From Cyanophyceae cyanobacterium (lineage in GTDB: Bacteria > Cyanobacteriota > Cyanobacteriia > Cyanobacteriales > Laspinemataceae): a stretch of 64,000 bases of DNA. Shown one piece after another: positions 43,484 through 53,635 of the stretch. The position numbers and the translations under genes are program-made. The notes under the pieces were generated by a model. That model ran no database searches. It saw nothing but the letters and a program-made list of their open reading frames with translations, and was not told the DNA's origin. How positions within the stretch are numbered: position 1 is the first letter of the stretch; every line of letters starts with the position of its first letter. The stretch covers positions 1 through 64,000 of the forward strand of contig JBBQFN010000007.1 of assembly GCA_038321985.1 (NCBI GenBank), read 5' to 3'.

Positions 43484-44149
43484 TCACAACAAGCCACGAT
43501 AGCGAATAAAGAGTAAAATTACTGCCCATGAACCCAATGCTACTTTGATAGCAACGAGAATATTTAAAATGGGAAGGATCCCCCCACTTAGCAACGTTCC
43601 CAACTGACCGTGGGGGAACTCAATTCCGACCAGGGTTAGCATTGCTAATCCTATAAAAATGATCACAGAAATCTTTTCCCAAGTCGCAGTATGCCACCGC
43701 TTATAAAGGGATTGCATGAGTTCCATTGATGAGGTAATGGCGATTAACCCGATCGCTGTCCCTCCGGCTACCCCTGCTGCAAATCCTCCCCCAGGACTTA
43801 AATGCCCACGAATTGCTAATTCAACGCCCACTAATGCAGCAATTGTTGCCCCTAAACGCGCTAAAACAATGGAGGGCTGATCGTTGAATTGATAGACTTG
43901 AGTCGAGGGTTTTTCGTTTGCCAGTAAATACTTAACGCCCACAATAGAAATAGTAAAAACTACGACTTCAAAAATGGTATCGTACAATCGATTTCTTAAA
44001 ATAATGCCGGATACTGCATTAGGAACTCCAGTCTCCTCAATCACAGATTGCACGATTTGTAAAGTTGTTTCATCGGCTAGGATAGAATTAGAGGTAAACA
44101 CAATTTTGAGGGAAAGGGCGATTCCCGCTAAAACATAAATCCACTTCAT
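43484..44149 (-). CDS. mrpB: Mrp/Mnh antiporter subunit B
   Basis: NAVSGI...RLYDTIFE, GHLSPGGGFAAG. Confidence 0.85.
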   Translation of the reverse strand: MKWIYVLAGIALSLKIVFTSNSILADETTLQIVQSVIEETGVPNAVSGIILRNRLYDTIFEVVVFTISIVGVKYLLANEKPSTQVYQFNDQPSIVLARLGATIAALVGVELAIRGHLSPGGGFAAGVAGGTAIGLIAITSSMELMQSLYKRWHTATWEKISVIIFIGLAMLTLVGIEFPHGQLGTLLSGGILPILNILVAIKVALGSWAVILLFIRYRGLL

Positions 44150-44154
44150 AACTG

Positions 44155-44760
44155 TTACTCCGATGAACCCGAGGGACTAATTAAGGGATTGAAATAGGTA
44201 ACCGGCATCTCCGAGGGAAGTTCCTCTTTCATGATTTCATAAAGACGCTGAATCCGGGTTGTGGTTTGATAGCAGGTTACTTTTTCCAGGGTTGCCCTAA
44301 AGGTGCGATCGCCATGTTCCACAGGCTTAGGCTTCACATAAACGGTATGAATTTCTTTTTCTTTAAAGGCTTGATTTAGGGCTAATTCATCGGGATAAGG
44401 AACTAATTCAAGACGCATATACCGTTTTGCAAAAATTGCTCGTAAATCGTCAATGGGTTTTCCTTGAGGGCGATCGCCTTCTGGATATTCCCCTTCGATA
44501 AATCCCATCCGCATCACCATCGATGAACGCACCGCCACCGCATACAGTGTAATCGCCAGTAATGTCCCCATTAACGCCTCCGTTAACGCCACATCTGCTG
44601 CCCCCAATAGGGCATAAACTAAGGCTGACACAGCCCCTAAAATTCCTCGAATAATGAGAGCATGAAAGGGGTTGGTTTGCATCACTAACATACAAGCAGA
44701 CAAGGGCAAGAGTGCCACGATCGCATAGATATAAAATTCAGTCACGATTCTCCTGTGCAC
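44155..44760 (-). CDS. Mrp-associated DUF4040 protein
   Basis: LGAADVALTEA motif, operon context. Confidence 0.8.
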   Translation of the reverse strand: MHRRIVTEFYIYAIVALLPLSACMLVMQTNPFHALIIRGILGAVSALVYALLGAADVALTEALMGTLLAITLYAVAVRSSMVMRMGFIEGEYPEGDRPQGKPIDDLRAIFAKRYMRLELVPYPDELALNQAFKEKEIHTVYVKPKPVEHGDRTFRATLEKVTCYQTTTRIQRLYEIMKEELPSEMPVTYFNPLISPSGSSE

Positions 44761-45016
44761 TGGAACAATAGGCTAATACATATCCCAAAATTGTATTCCA
44801 AATGGCTAAAGAAATCAGGGCAAGCAGAATCAAAGGCCATTCCCTCGGAATTTTCAGCAGCAATCCAATGGTAATAGACATGGAACCCAGAGTATCTGAC
44901 ACCGAAAGAGTATGGAGCTTATATAACACCGATCGCTCCCCCAATAACGGATAAGTTCCCCAAAACCAGAAGAAAATTCCGACTCCGATACAACCATAAC
45001 TTAAAAAGTCAATCAT
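44738..45016 (-). CDS. mrpG: Mrp subunit G
   Basis: KLHTLSVSDTLG, three TMs. Confidence 0.8.
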   Translation of the reverse strand: MIDFLSYGCIGVGIFFWFWGTYPLLGERSVLYKLHTLSVSDTLGSMSITIGLLLKIPREWPLILLALISLAIWNTILGYVLAYCSSAQENRD

Positions 45017-45276
45017 ACGTCATTCAAGCGTTTCAAAATATGAGCAAGCAACATTAAACCGGCATTCCCCACACTGAGGATAATCACTCCCGTCACTCCG
45101 ATATTCCAATCATCTCGAAACACAGAAACAACTAAAATCATGATGGAAGTTTTCGTTGCAATGCTGGCAAAGGCTAACATTTTTTGCCAAACATCATCAT
45201 CTTTATAGCCTTCATACATTGGAATTAGTAGTGCCAAAATCATGGCAAACAGTATCCCATTCATGGTTAAATTCAT
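45013..45276 (-). CDS. mrpF: Mrp subunit F-like
   Basis: 87 aa, three TMs, located between mrpE and mrpG. Confidence 0.65.
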   Translation of the reverse strand: MNLTMNGILFAMILALLIPMYEGYKDDDVWQKMLAFASIATKTSIMILVVSVFRDDWNIGVTGVIILSVGNAGLMLLAHILKRLNDV

Positions 45277-45662
45277 TGGGGGCTTCTCCGGCGCAAACGA
45301 TGGACTTCATACCAGCCTTCTTCGTAATATCTGGAAACAATCGTCTTGGGGGTAAAGGTAATCAAGAAAATATCTAAAAATACCAATCCTGGGGAACGGC
45401 GAGGCGGGGCTTGTTCCATCGTGATATCTTCAAATCGATGAGGAAACAAGATGAGTTCAAAGGCTTCCTTATAAGCGACGGGAACTGCCACAATAATCTC
45501 CCACAATGCCCGTATCCAATCTTTTAACGCCCCCTTGATTTTATGATTATGAGGCAACAGCAGGGAAATCGTGACCCCGATCAAAATATTGGGTAAACTC
45601 AAATCGGCAGTCAGCAAAAACCAAATGACCAATCGTAAGATTAAATTGAGATATCCTATCAT
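45273..45662 (-). CDS. mrpE: Mrp subunit E
   Basis: ITFTPKT motif, N-terminal TMs. Confidence 0.8.
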   Translation of the reverse strand: MIGYLNLILRLVIWFLLTADLSLPNILIGVTISLLLPHNHKIKGALKDWIRALWEIIVAVPVAYKEAFELILFPHRFEDITMEQAPPRRSPGLVFLDIFLITFTPKTIVSRYYEEGWYEVHRLRRRSPQ

Positions 45663-45663
45663 C

Positions 45664-47106
45664 TTAATACAAACTCCAGGCACACCAGAACAGTAGAAGG
45701 GAAATCAGACTCATCACCCCAACTAAATGCTCAAATTCTTCAAACATTCGGGGTAAATTCAAAGTAACCCGTTGAATCACGAGGAAATAAATCCCTACAC
45801 CAACGGCTACAATTCCCGTCGCTTTGAGCATATTAGCAATCGTATAAAATTCATAATGAACTACATTGGCAAAAATCAAACTCCCTAACAAAATACCAAT
45901 TGCTAGCCAAAACCCTATCCGCATCGGTTCTTTACTTTCCAATTTTTGATGAGGGAGAAAGACAAACTTGGAAAAGCAGATGACGCTGCCCACTGCTGCT
46001 AAATTCATGGGGATACTTTGCCAAGAAACCAAATGTTTGAGGGTTAACATCTTGGCTTCAAATCCCGCCAACAAAGGAAATCCGGAAATAGACAAACCTG
46101 CTAAACACAGGGGAATCCACAGGGCGGTATTCATCGGCTTAGTTTGCAGGATCTGAAAGTCTCGACTCGGCAAATTTCCAGCAATTAGGAACAAACTGGA
46201 TTTAACTAATCCGTGGGTTAAAGCATAAAATCCGGCTACTTCTGGAGCAGAAATAATCCACCCTAACTGCGAAACAGTGCTAAAGGCTAGCAGGCGTTTT
46301 GTATCTTTTTCAAAGATGGCATAACTCACCCCTAAAATCGCCGTTCCGACGCCAAAAATCCGGACAATGGGACTAACTTCCTCTAAAATAAGAGCGCAAC
46401 GGATTAAAGGAAATGCACCGGCTTTGACGACAATTCCCGACAATAGGGCTGAAACCGGCGTTTCGGATTCTGAATGCGTTAAGGGTAACCACAATCCGGA
46501 GACAAAAATTCCCGCCTTGGTCAACAATCCCATGAAAATTAAAGCCAAGGCTTCCGGGGGTGCACCGCGCAATCCTTCAAAACTAAAGGAATGATGGGCT
46601 TTATAAACGAGGGCTGCCCCCACTAGATAAAATAACATGGCGATATTGCTGACAAACAGATAGCGCAATGCCACCCAAATTGAGCGATCGCTTCTCGGAT
46701 AGCTCACCAGCAACGAAGCCGCAATTCCGCTTACCTCTAATGCCACATATAAGCTAATAAAATCCGTGCAAATAAAGGCGGCATTGAGACTACCATGCAG
46801 AATAATCATCTGGGCATAAAAGAAAGCACTTTTCTCTGTCTGCCAGCAGTACAGAATCACCGCAGCGGTTACCAAGGCATTGGTTAAAATAAAATAACCG
46901 CTAAGTTGATCAATCAGTAGCGTCACTCCCGCGGAATCGAGTAATTGCAAAGCAACCGGCGATTCCAGTAAAAACACTTGTACCGCAAATGCAACCGAAG
47001 CCAACGCCGTTAGGGTGACAAGGTAGCGATCCAATTGAGGGAGGATAAAAATCGTGAATCCTGCCAAAAATGGTAGCGTCATCCAGGCGATCATTAAAGT
47101 ATTCAT
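45664..47106 (-). CDS. mrpD: Mrp subunit D
   Basis: LYVALEV, WLPLTH, SALLSG, LLAFSTVSQ, HGLVKS. Confidence 0.88.
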   Translation of the reverse strand: MNTLMIAWMTLPFLAGFTIFILPQLDRYLVTLTALASVAFAVQVFLLESPVALQLLDSAGVTLLIDQLSGYFILTNALVTAAVILYCWQTEKSAFFYAQMIILHGSLNAAFICTDFISLYVALEVSGIAASLLVSYPRSDRSIWVALRYLFVSNIAMLFYLVGAALVYKAHHSFSFEGLRGAPPEALALIFMGLLTKAGIFVSGLWLPLTHSESETPVSALLSGIVVKAGAFPLIRCALILEEVSPIVRIFGVGTAILGVSYAIFEKDTKRLLAFSTVSQLGWIISAPEVAGFYALTHGLVKSSLFLIAGNLPSRDFQILQTKPMNTALWIPLCLAGLSISGFPLLAGFEAKMLTLKHLVSWQSIPMNLAAVGSVICFSKFVFLPHQKLESKEPMRIGFWLAIGILLGSLIFANVVHYEFYTIANMLKATGIVAVGVGIYFLVIQRVTLNLPRMFEEFEHLVGVMSLISLLLFWCAWSLY

Positions 47107-47447
47107 GGCGTATTATTTTTTTCAATTTCAGTGATTTCTAAAGTGGGATTATCTCGGGCTAATTTCATGACCCCGACTAACATTAAAGCCTGAATTGAAA
47201 ACCCAATTACAATTGCCGTTAAAATCACAGCTTGGGGAACTGGATCAGCGTAGGCTACTGGATCAGTCCCATCGCCGACAACAATAGGGGTAAAAAAGAA
47301 ACCCCCTCGGGATGCCACGAATACATAATAAGCAATAACGCCGGTACTCATGATATCCATTGAGACAATTTTCATCAATAGGTTCTTTTTAAAGATAATT
47401 CCAAAAAATCCGCATAAAATGGTGGCAACGACAAAAGATTCTAACAC
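47103..47447 (-). CDS. mrpC: Mrp subunit C
   Basis: DPVPQAVILTAIVIG. Confidence 0.9.
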   Translation of the reverse strand: MLESFVVATILCGFFGIIFKKNLLMKIVSMDIMSTGVIAYYVFVASRGGFFFTPIVVGDGTDPVAYADPVPQAVILTAIVIGFSIQALMLVGVMKLARDNPTLEITEIEKNNTP

Positions 47448-47736
47448 GGCAAGGGTTGGCGGTAAGGAGGACGAGTTACGCTCAGGGAACGATTTAATTT
47501 ACCGATTCTACAATAATCTGAGGCACTTCGGAATATTTATACAGTGGAAAAATCATAAAAAATTTTAGTGTAGTTTCCAGAGTTCCGCTTATAGATAATC
47601 GTGTAAAAATACTTAGGGAAGGAGCCATGTAAACTTCTTATCCCGATAGAGAGGGGGGATAATTGATGAAGGTAACCTATATCACTGATTGCCTCTTCCT
47701 ATATTTGCTTGTCTAAGTCTTGTATAGAGGGGTTTC

Positions 47737-47859
47737 ATATCAAGTCCAATCATTTCCTTATAATTCCCAGATTGCTGTCATCCCCGCAGCAGCCGGAGGA
47801 ATCCATCTTTGCTTATGCTTAGAGGATGCTGTTTACGACGGATTAACCGGACTTGATAT
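47737..47859. mobile_element. MITE-like element
   Basis: 11-bp terminal IR ATATCAAGTCC / GGACTTGATAT enclosing GTCATCCCCGC..GGAATCCA. Confidence 0.55.
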
Positions 47860-48019
47860 CAGATATTGAGAAATTTTCCAACTAATTTATACCCATTCTC
47901 TTCAACCCAAATGCAAAACTTAAAAAAAAAGCCCCCCTGATTAAGGGGGGTTGAGGGGATCAACCCTAAATTATCTTATTCATCTCTTCCGTTAACACGG
48001 AGTTCTGTCAACCGATAGA

Positions 48020-51000
48020 TTAGGCGCTGAAATATTTGGCAATGGGGTGATAAGTCACGATCGCCGTGGTGGATTGTTCAGGATAAAGCTGTTCACTTTC
48101 ATCCATATACAAGTGAATGCGATCGCTGCCTAACAAATCCATCTGCTTATACTGATCCTGCATATTCGGACAAGCGGGATAGCCGAAACTATACCGAGAA
48201 CCGCGATAACGCTGCTGCAAAATCTCCCGAATATTATCCGGTTCTTCACTACCAAATCCCAACTCCCGGCGAATCCGCGCGTGTAACCATTCTGCGATCG
48301 CCTCCGCTGTTTGTACCGCCAACCCATGAAAATACAAATAATCCGTATAGCGATCGCCTTCAAACAACATTTTTGCGTACTCCGTCGCCACTTCTCCCAC
48401 CGTCACCGCGTGCATCGGAAATACATCAATCTGACCCGTTTCCTTCGGTGCAAAAAAGTCCGCAATACATAACCGGCGCATCGACTTTTGACGAGGAAAC
48501 TCAAAGATGGCGACGGGTTCAGTTAGCGTCCCTTTTTCCCCTTCCTCTGGCTGATAAACCAACAAACTATTCCCGTCAGCCTGACAGGGAAAATAGCCAT
48601 AAACCGCCTGGGGATGTAATAGATTTTCCGAGAACACCCGTTCCTTCCAAGTCGCTAAAATCGGATGTACTGTTTCGGCCAAAAAAGCATCATATTCTGC
48701 CCGAGATTGACCTTGGGGTTTGCGGAATTGCCATTGTCCCGCAAACAGCGCTTGTAAATCCATATACTCGAATACTTCTTCCAAAGGAATATCCTCCGGT
48801 TGCAGCACCTTCGTTCCCCAAAATGGCGGCGTAGGACGCTCAATATCAATCGCTACCGCCTCAGAACGGCGCGTATCAACTTCCGCCGGTTCTTGAGATT
48901 TCGGAGTCGCTTTTTCTAGCTTTTCCCCATTCTCCGAAGTTGCTAATCTGGCATTTTCTTTAGCTTCAGCCTCATCCAAAAACCCGGTCAAATCATCCCA
49001 ATTTTGGGCCAGTTTTGCAGGCATCAATTTATCCATGAAATGCAAGTCGGAAAAGGCATCTTTCCCGTAAACCACTTGACCTTTGTAAGTGTTTTGGCAA
49101 TCTTCATAAACAAATTTTGGAGTTAGCGCTGCGCCCCCTAAAATCACCGGAACACTGATTTCTCGTTCGTTAAATACCTCCAAATTTTCCTTCATAAAAG
49201 CCGTAGACTTCACCAAAAGCCCACTCATGGCAATGCAATCGGCCCGATGTTCCTGGTAGGCTTGGATAATATTCTCCACCGGCTGCTTAATCCCTAAATT
49301 AATCACGCGATAGCCATTATTCGTGAGAATAATATCCACCAAATTTTTACCAATATCGTGAACATCCCCTTTCACTGTGGCAATGATCACGGTCCCCTTC
49401 GCACTATCTTCTGACCCTTCTTTTTCCATAAAAGGTTCAAGATGGGCAACCGCTGCCTTCATCGTTTCCGCCGATTGCAACACAAAAGGTAATTGCATTT
49501 GTCCCGAACCAAACAATTCCCCTACAACTTTCATCCCATCCAGGAGATACTTATTGATAATCTCCAGGGGAGGATAGGTTTCTAAAGCCACGGTGAGGGC
49601 ATCAGTTAACCCAATCCGTTCACCGTCGATAATGTGATTTTTGAGGCGTTCTTCAATGGGTAAAGTGGCATCGATTGACCGGTCCCGCTTCGTGGTTTTC
49701 CCTTGGAAAAATTCCGTTACTTTCGCCAGGGGGTCATAAATGCAAACATCCCCTTCAAACCGACGGCGATCGTAAATCAAATCCCGACAGACTTCTTGCT
49801 GTTCCGGGTCAATTTTTGCCAAAGGTAAAATCTTACTGGCGCTAACGATCGCACTATCCAAACCCACCTGCATTGCTTCATTCAAAAACACCGAATTCAG
49901 CACTTGCCGCGCCGCTGGATTTAACCCAAACGAAATATTAGAAACCCCTAACAAAATATGACAACCGGGCAATTCTTCCCGAATCCGGCGAATTGACTCA
50001 ATGGTAGCTTTCCCATTTTCCCGATCTTCTTCAATCCCCGTAGAAATCGGTAATGCCAAGGTATCAAAAAACAATTCATGGGCTGGGACACCGTAGGCGA
50101 TCGCCGCATCATAAGCCCGTTTAGCAATTTCAACCTTGCGATCGGCCGTCCGCGCCATCCCCTCCTCATCAATCGTCCCAACAACCACCCCGGCACCATA
50201 CTGCTTTGCTAAATCTAGCACTTTGTAGAACCGTTCTTCCCCATCTTCATAGTTGGTAGAGTTCATCAAACACTTACCCCCGGCGACTTTTAACCCCGCC
50301 TCCATCTTCTCCCATTCCGTCGAATCGAGCATCAGGGGTAAAGTGGCATTCGTCACCAACCGAGACACTAACTCGTGCATATCTCGCACCCCATCCCGCC
50401 CCACATAGTCTACGTTCACATCCAGAATGTGAGCGCCTTCTCGCACTTGTTCCCGTCCCAGGGCCACTAATCCGTCCCAATCTTCCTCATTCAGCATCTC
50501 CCGGCACTTCTTAGAACCGCTGGCATTCAGCCGTTCTCCGACAATCAAGAACGAGTTATCCTGTTCATAGGGTTGAGCACTATAAATCGAAGCCGCAGCC
50601 GGAGTATATTGGAACAAATTGCGAGGCGGAGGACTGCCATTTTCACCCCAAACCCGCACCGATCGCTCCTTCGGCTTCAAACTCTTCGACAATTCCGCTA
50701 ACTGAGCAATGTGAGGCGCTTGGGTCCCACAACAACCCCCAATCACCTGCACGCCCAAATCTTCTACAAAGTGCATCAACGCCATCCTTAACTCCATCGG
50801 CGTCAACTTGTAATGCGCTTGTCCCCCAACATTTTCCGGTAACCCAGCATTGGGAATACAAGACACCACAAACGGCGAATTTTCAGCCAAATATCGGATA
50901 TGTTCCTTCATTTGAGCCGGACCCGTGGCACAATTGAGACCCAAAATATCAATCGGATAGGGTTCTAAAATGGCTAAAGCTGCACTAATATCCGAACCCA

Positions 51001-51613
51001 CCAACATCGTCCCCATCACTTCCATCGTGATCGAAACCATCAACGGCAACCGCTGACCTTTTTTATCAAAAACCGCTTCAATGCCATTCAATGCCGCCTT
51101 AATTTGCAACACATCCTGACAAGTTTCCACAATTAATAAATCAACCCCGCCATCAATTAGACCCTCTGCTTGTTCACTAAAAGCATCTTTCAGGGTATCA
51201 AAATCGATATGTCCCAACGTCGGTAATTTCGTCCCCGGACCTATCGAACCCGCCACAAATCGAGGCTTTTCCGGGGTAGAATATTCCGCAGCGACGCTTT
51301 TAGCGAGTTCTGCCGCCATTTTATTCAGTTCATAAGCGCGATCGCCGATATCATATTCCGCCAACACAATGGAAGTCCCGCCAAAGGTGTCAGTTTCAAT
51401 CACATCGGCACCGGCTTCTAGGAACCCGCGATGGACAATTTTCACCGCTTCCGGCTTCGTATAGACGAGATATTCGTTACAGCCTTCAAAGTCCTTGCCG
51501 CCAAAGTCATCAGCAGTCAGGTTCTGAAATTGCAGACTCGTACCCATCGCACCATCAAAAACCAGAACCGGGCGATCGGGACTATGCAGACGTTGAAGAA
51601 AAGCAGGGGTCAT
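48020..51613 (-). CDS. metH: B12-dependent methionine synthase
   Basis: [33 protein letters not shown]. Confidence 0.97.
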   Translation of the reverse strand: MTPAFLQRLHSPDRPVLVFDGAMGTSLQFQNLTADDFGGKDFEGCNEYLVYTKPEAVKIVHRGFLEAGADVIETDTFGGTSIVLAEYDIGDRAYELNKMAAELAKSVAAEYSTPEKPRFVAGSIGPGTKLPTLGHIDFDTLKDAFSEQAEGLIDGGVDLLIVETCQDVLQIKAALNGIEAVFDKKGQRLPLMVSITMEVMGTMLVGSDISAALAILEPYPIDILGLNCATGPAQMKEHIRYLAENSPFVVSCIPNAGLPENVGGQAHYKLTPMELRMALMHFVEDLGVQVIGGCCGTQAPHIAQLAELSKSLKPKERSVRVWGENGSPPPRNLFQYTPAAASIYSAQPYEQDNSFLIVGERLNASGSKKCREMLNEEDWDGLVALGREQVREGAHILDVNVDYVGRDGVRDMHELVSRLVTNATLPLMLDSTEWEKMEAGLKVAGGKCLMNSTNYEDGEERFYKVLDLAKQYGAGVVVGTIDEEGMARTADRKVEIAKRAYDAAIAYGVPAHELFFDTLALPISTGIEEDRENGKATIESIRRIREELPGCHILLGVSNISFGLNPAARQVLNSVFLNEAMQVGLDSAIVSASKILPLAKIDPEQQEVCRDLIYDRRRFEGDVCIYDPLAKVTEFFQGKTTKRDRSIDATLPIEERLKNHIIDGERIGLTDALTVALETYPPLEIINKYLLDGMKVVGELFGSGQMQLPFVLQSAETMKAAVAHLEPFMEKEGSEDSAKGTVIIATVKGDVHDIGKNLVDIILTNNGYRVINLGIKQPVENIIQAYQEHRADCIAMSGLLVKSTAFMKENLEVFNEREISVPVILGGAALTPKFVYEDCQNTYKGQVVYGKDAFSDLHFMDKLMPAKLAQNWDDLTGFLDEAEAKENARLATSENGEKLEKATPKSQEPAEVDTRRSEAVAIDIERPTPPFWGTKVLQPEDIPLEEVFEYMDLQALFAGQWQFRKPQGQSRAEYDAFLAETVHPILATWKERVFSENLLHPQAVYGYFPCQADGNSLLVYQPEEGEKGTLTEPVAIFEFPRQKSMRRLCIADFFAPKETGQIDVFPMHAVTVGEVATEYAKMLFEGDRYTDYLYFHGLAVQTAEAIAEWLHARIRRELGFGSEEPDNIREILQQRYRGSRYSFGYPACPNMQDQYKQMDLLGSDRIHLYMDESEQLYPEQSTTAIVTYHPIAKYFSA

Positions 51614-51836
51614 AGCAACATCAAGATAAGATTTAGTATTTGATTACTTTATCTTACTTCTGGTTTGGAGTTCAGCAGTCCAGACCCCAATTTTTTGGAT
51701 CCACTCTCCCCCGTGGCACGACGCAGCGTGAAAGTATAATCCTTACAGGGTAAGCCCCTTTCCGCTGGGTATCTCTGGTTTCTTGGGAAGTGGCGATCAA
51801 CCCATGATGATTTTATCGATACCGAAGTTTAAATTT

Positions 51837-51929
51837 TCAAGGCTTAACAGGGTCTAAACTAGCCTTTCCACAGAAGAATTTTGAGCGGACAGGGTGACCA
51901 ATCCTAAACGCTTCAATCTTTAGAACCAT
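51837..51929 (-). pseudogene. Truncated GNAT toxin (TacT/AtaT-like) N-terminus
   Basis: TAATG-coupled to the DUF1778 gene. Reads MVLKIEAFRIGHPVRSKFFCGKASLD, then stops at codon 31. Confidence 0.65.
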
Positions 51930-52225
51930 TAGTCAGTTATGACTTGCTGATATCGTACCAATTCGGCTTTCAGCTTATCATTTAGCAGAGGAGGATTAAG
52001 AAGAGAATTGACAAAGGCTTCGCTATCCTCAAGACTGAGTTTAAGTGTTTGATGCTCTTGAATTACTCGAATGGCTTCTGCCTGAACCGTTGACAGAATA
52101 AAATCAGTTAAAGTACGGCCTTGTAGATCGGCAGCCTTCTGTAAAAGCGCTTTCATTTCTGGGCTGGTACGAGCTTCTAGTCGTGCCATCGATTTTTGAT
52201 TAATTTTATTAGCCATATTCATCAA
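51929..52225 (-). CDS. DUF1778 (TacA-like) antitoxin
   Basis: ARLEAR...LLQKAADLQGRTLTDFI...LSLEDSEAFVNSLLNPP. Confidence 0.88.
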   Translation of the reverse strand: MMNMANKINQKSMARLEARTSPEMKALLQKAADLQGRTLTDFILSTVQAEAIRVIQEHQTLKLSLEDSEAFVNSLLNPPLLNDKLKAELVRYQQVITD

Positions 52226-52369
52226 CCCGAGACATTTTAGAGCGGCTATTAATTTTAATGATATCCAACAAATTGCCGGATGTCAACCCGAGTCACCTTT
52301 GCAGATAGATAGGTAGAGGCGATCGCCCCCGACGCAGAGAAACGGTTGGGTTTAAAGGAAAAGACGCTT

Positions 52370-52439
52370 GGGGGCGATCGCCTCTGGGATAAATCAACCC
52401 GCTATTACAGATTGACAATGGGAGGGGTGGAGAGAAGGC
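52370..52439 (+). repeat. Direct repeat copy 1 (partner 53247-53315)
   Basis: Shared CCTCTGGGATAAATCAAC and ATTACAGATTGACAATGGGA blocks. Confidence 0.9.
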
Positions 52440-52459
52440 GATCGCCTCTGCAACACCGA

Positions 52460-52948
52460 TTACTCACCCACATCCTGTAAAACGCGATCGTATAGTTCGT
52501 CGCTCACCCGAAACCGGGAAATATCAATTAACTCATCGATTAAAGGTTTAATTTCAGAAATCAATCCCCGGCGTTTAGCAACAATCAAAACGCCTAAAAC
52601 CCCCGTGAGTTTTATTCCCAGACGAGAAGCAACGGCTCGACCTTTCCGTTCATCAATTAAGAGCCGATCAGCATTTAATTCTCGGGCTAGGGCGATCGCT
52701 TCTGCTTCCCCTAAATCTAACGGTTCTTGTTGCAGTGCTATCACCAAAGAAGGGTTAACCACGGAACGAACTTGAATCCAATCTAAACTCTGCACTTCCC
52801 TCGTACCGGGGACGGGAGTTTCCAATCCAGTTAGCTCCTGGTAAACCGCTTCAGGAATAATAATTTGGTTATAAAGTTTTTGGAGTAGGTCTAGCTGGCG
52901 AATTGCCGCCAGATTGGTAATGGGTGAAGTATTGCTAACGACTGTCAC
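52460..52948 (-). CDS. DUF3368 PIN-like toxin
   Basis: VVSNTSPI, IPEAVYQEL, LDLGEAEAI, LIDERKGR. Confidence 0.9.
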   Translation of the reverse strand: MTVVSNTSPITNLAAIRQLDLLQKLYNQIIIPEAVYQELTGLETPVPGTREVQSLDWIQVRSVVNPSLVIALQQEPLDLGEAEAIALARELNADRLLIDERKGRAVASRLGIKLTGVLGVLIVAKRRGLISEIKPLIDELIDISRFRVSDELYDRVLQDVGE

Positions 52949-53193
52949 AAATCCCCCAATTCTTTGAGATTTTTAATATCTAATTCATAATCTTCTATTT
53001 CATAAGAATACGGGGGAATATTGCGAGAAATGAGCAACTCTTCAAACACAATTCGTGGCATTCCGGCTAACTGGCAGGCTTGTACCAGAGAGAGCTTTTG
53101 TTGTTGGAAAAGCAGCATGGCAATTTCCTGCTTTAACTCAGACTCAGTTATTTGTGCCGCTTCGAGGATTTCATCGGAAATGGTAACGCTCAT
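52945..53193 (-). CDS. UPF0175 antitoxin
   Basis: EIAMLLFQQQKLSL..A.QLAGM. 4-bp overlap with the DUF3368 gene. Confidence 0.88.
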   Translation of the reverse strand: MSVTISDEILEAAQITESELKQEIAMLLFQQQKLSLVQACQLAGMPRIVFEELLISRNIPPYSYEIEDYELDIKNLKELGDL

Positions 53194-53246
53194 GATTCGG
53201 GGTTCTTAACTGGCTACTCTCATTTTATCAGGTATGGTAGGGAGTA

Positions 53247-53315
53247 GGGGGCGATCTCCTCTGGGATAAATCAACTGGCCATTACAGATTGACAATGGGA
53301 TGGGGGGGAGAAGGC
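53247..53315 (+). repeat. Direct repeat copy 2
   Basis: Near-identical to 52370-52439, with HIP1 mutated to GCGATCTC. Confidence 0.9.
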
Positions 53316-53635
53316 TCCTCCAGCAAATGTCACCGATTGATTAAACGCATTCAGCCATGAATAGAAAGCCACCCAGGAAGAATTAAAAGAGTCTCTAATC
53401 AACAATTTTCTCCAAAATTGCCATCTAAATTGTCCAACGCTTCTGCATCCAGTTGACAAACTGCCGACCCGAGTTGCCAATATTCTTCTACTGCGGTTGA
53501 AACCAAACTTTTATTATAGTCCAAAATAACCGAAAAATCATAGCTTATCATAAGATATATGAAGCAATTATGTAGTTGCTCAACTCTATCGGCATAAGGG
53601 ACAGCCAATCATTGTAACGAAATCGCCAATTGCTC

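Noticed and set aside
43484..47447. mrp operon lacking a full-length mrpA as a novelty
   Set aside because: This C-D-E-F-G-DUF4040-B layout is a known cyanobacterial arrangement.
51614..51830. Cobalamin riboswitch upstream of metH
   Set aside because: No recognisable B12-box.
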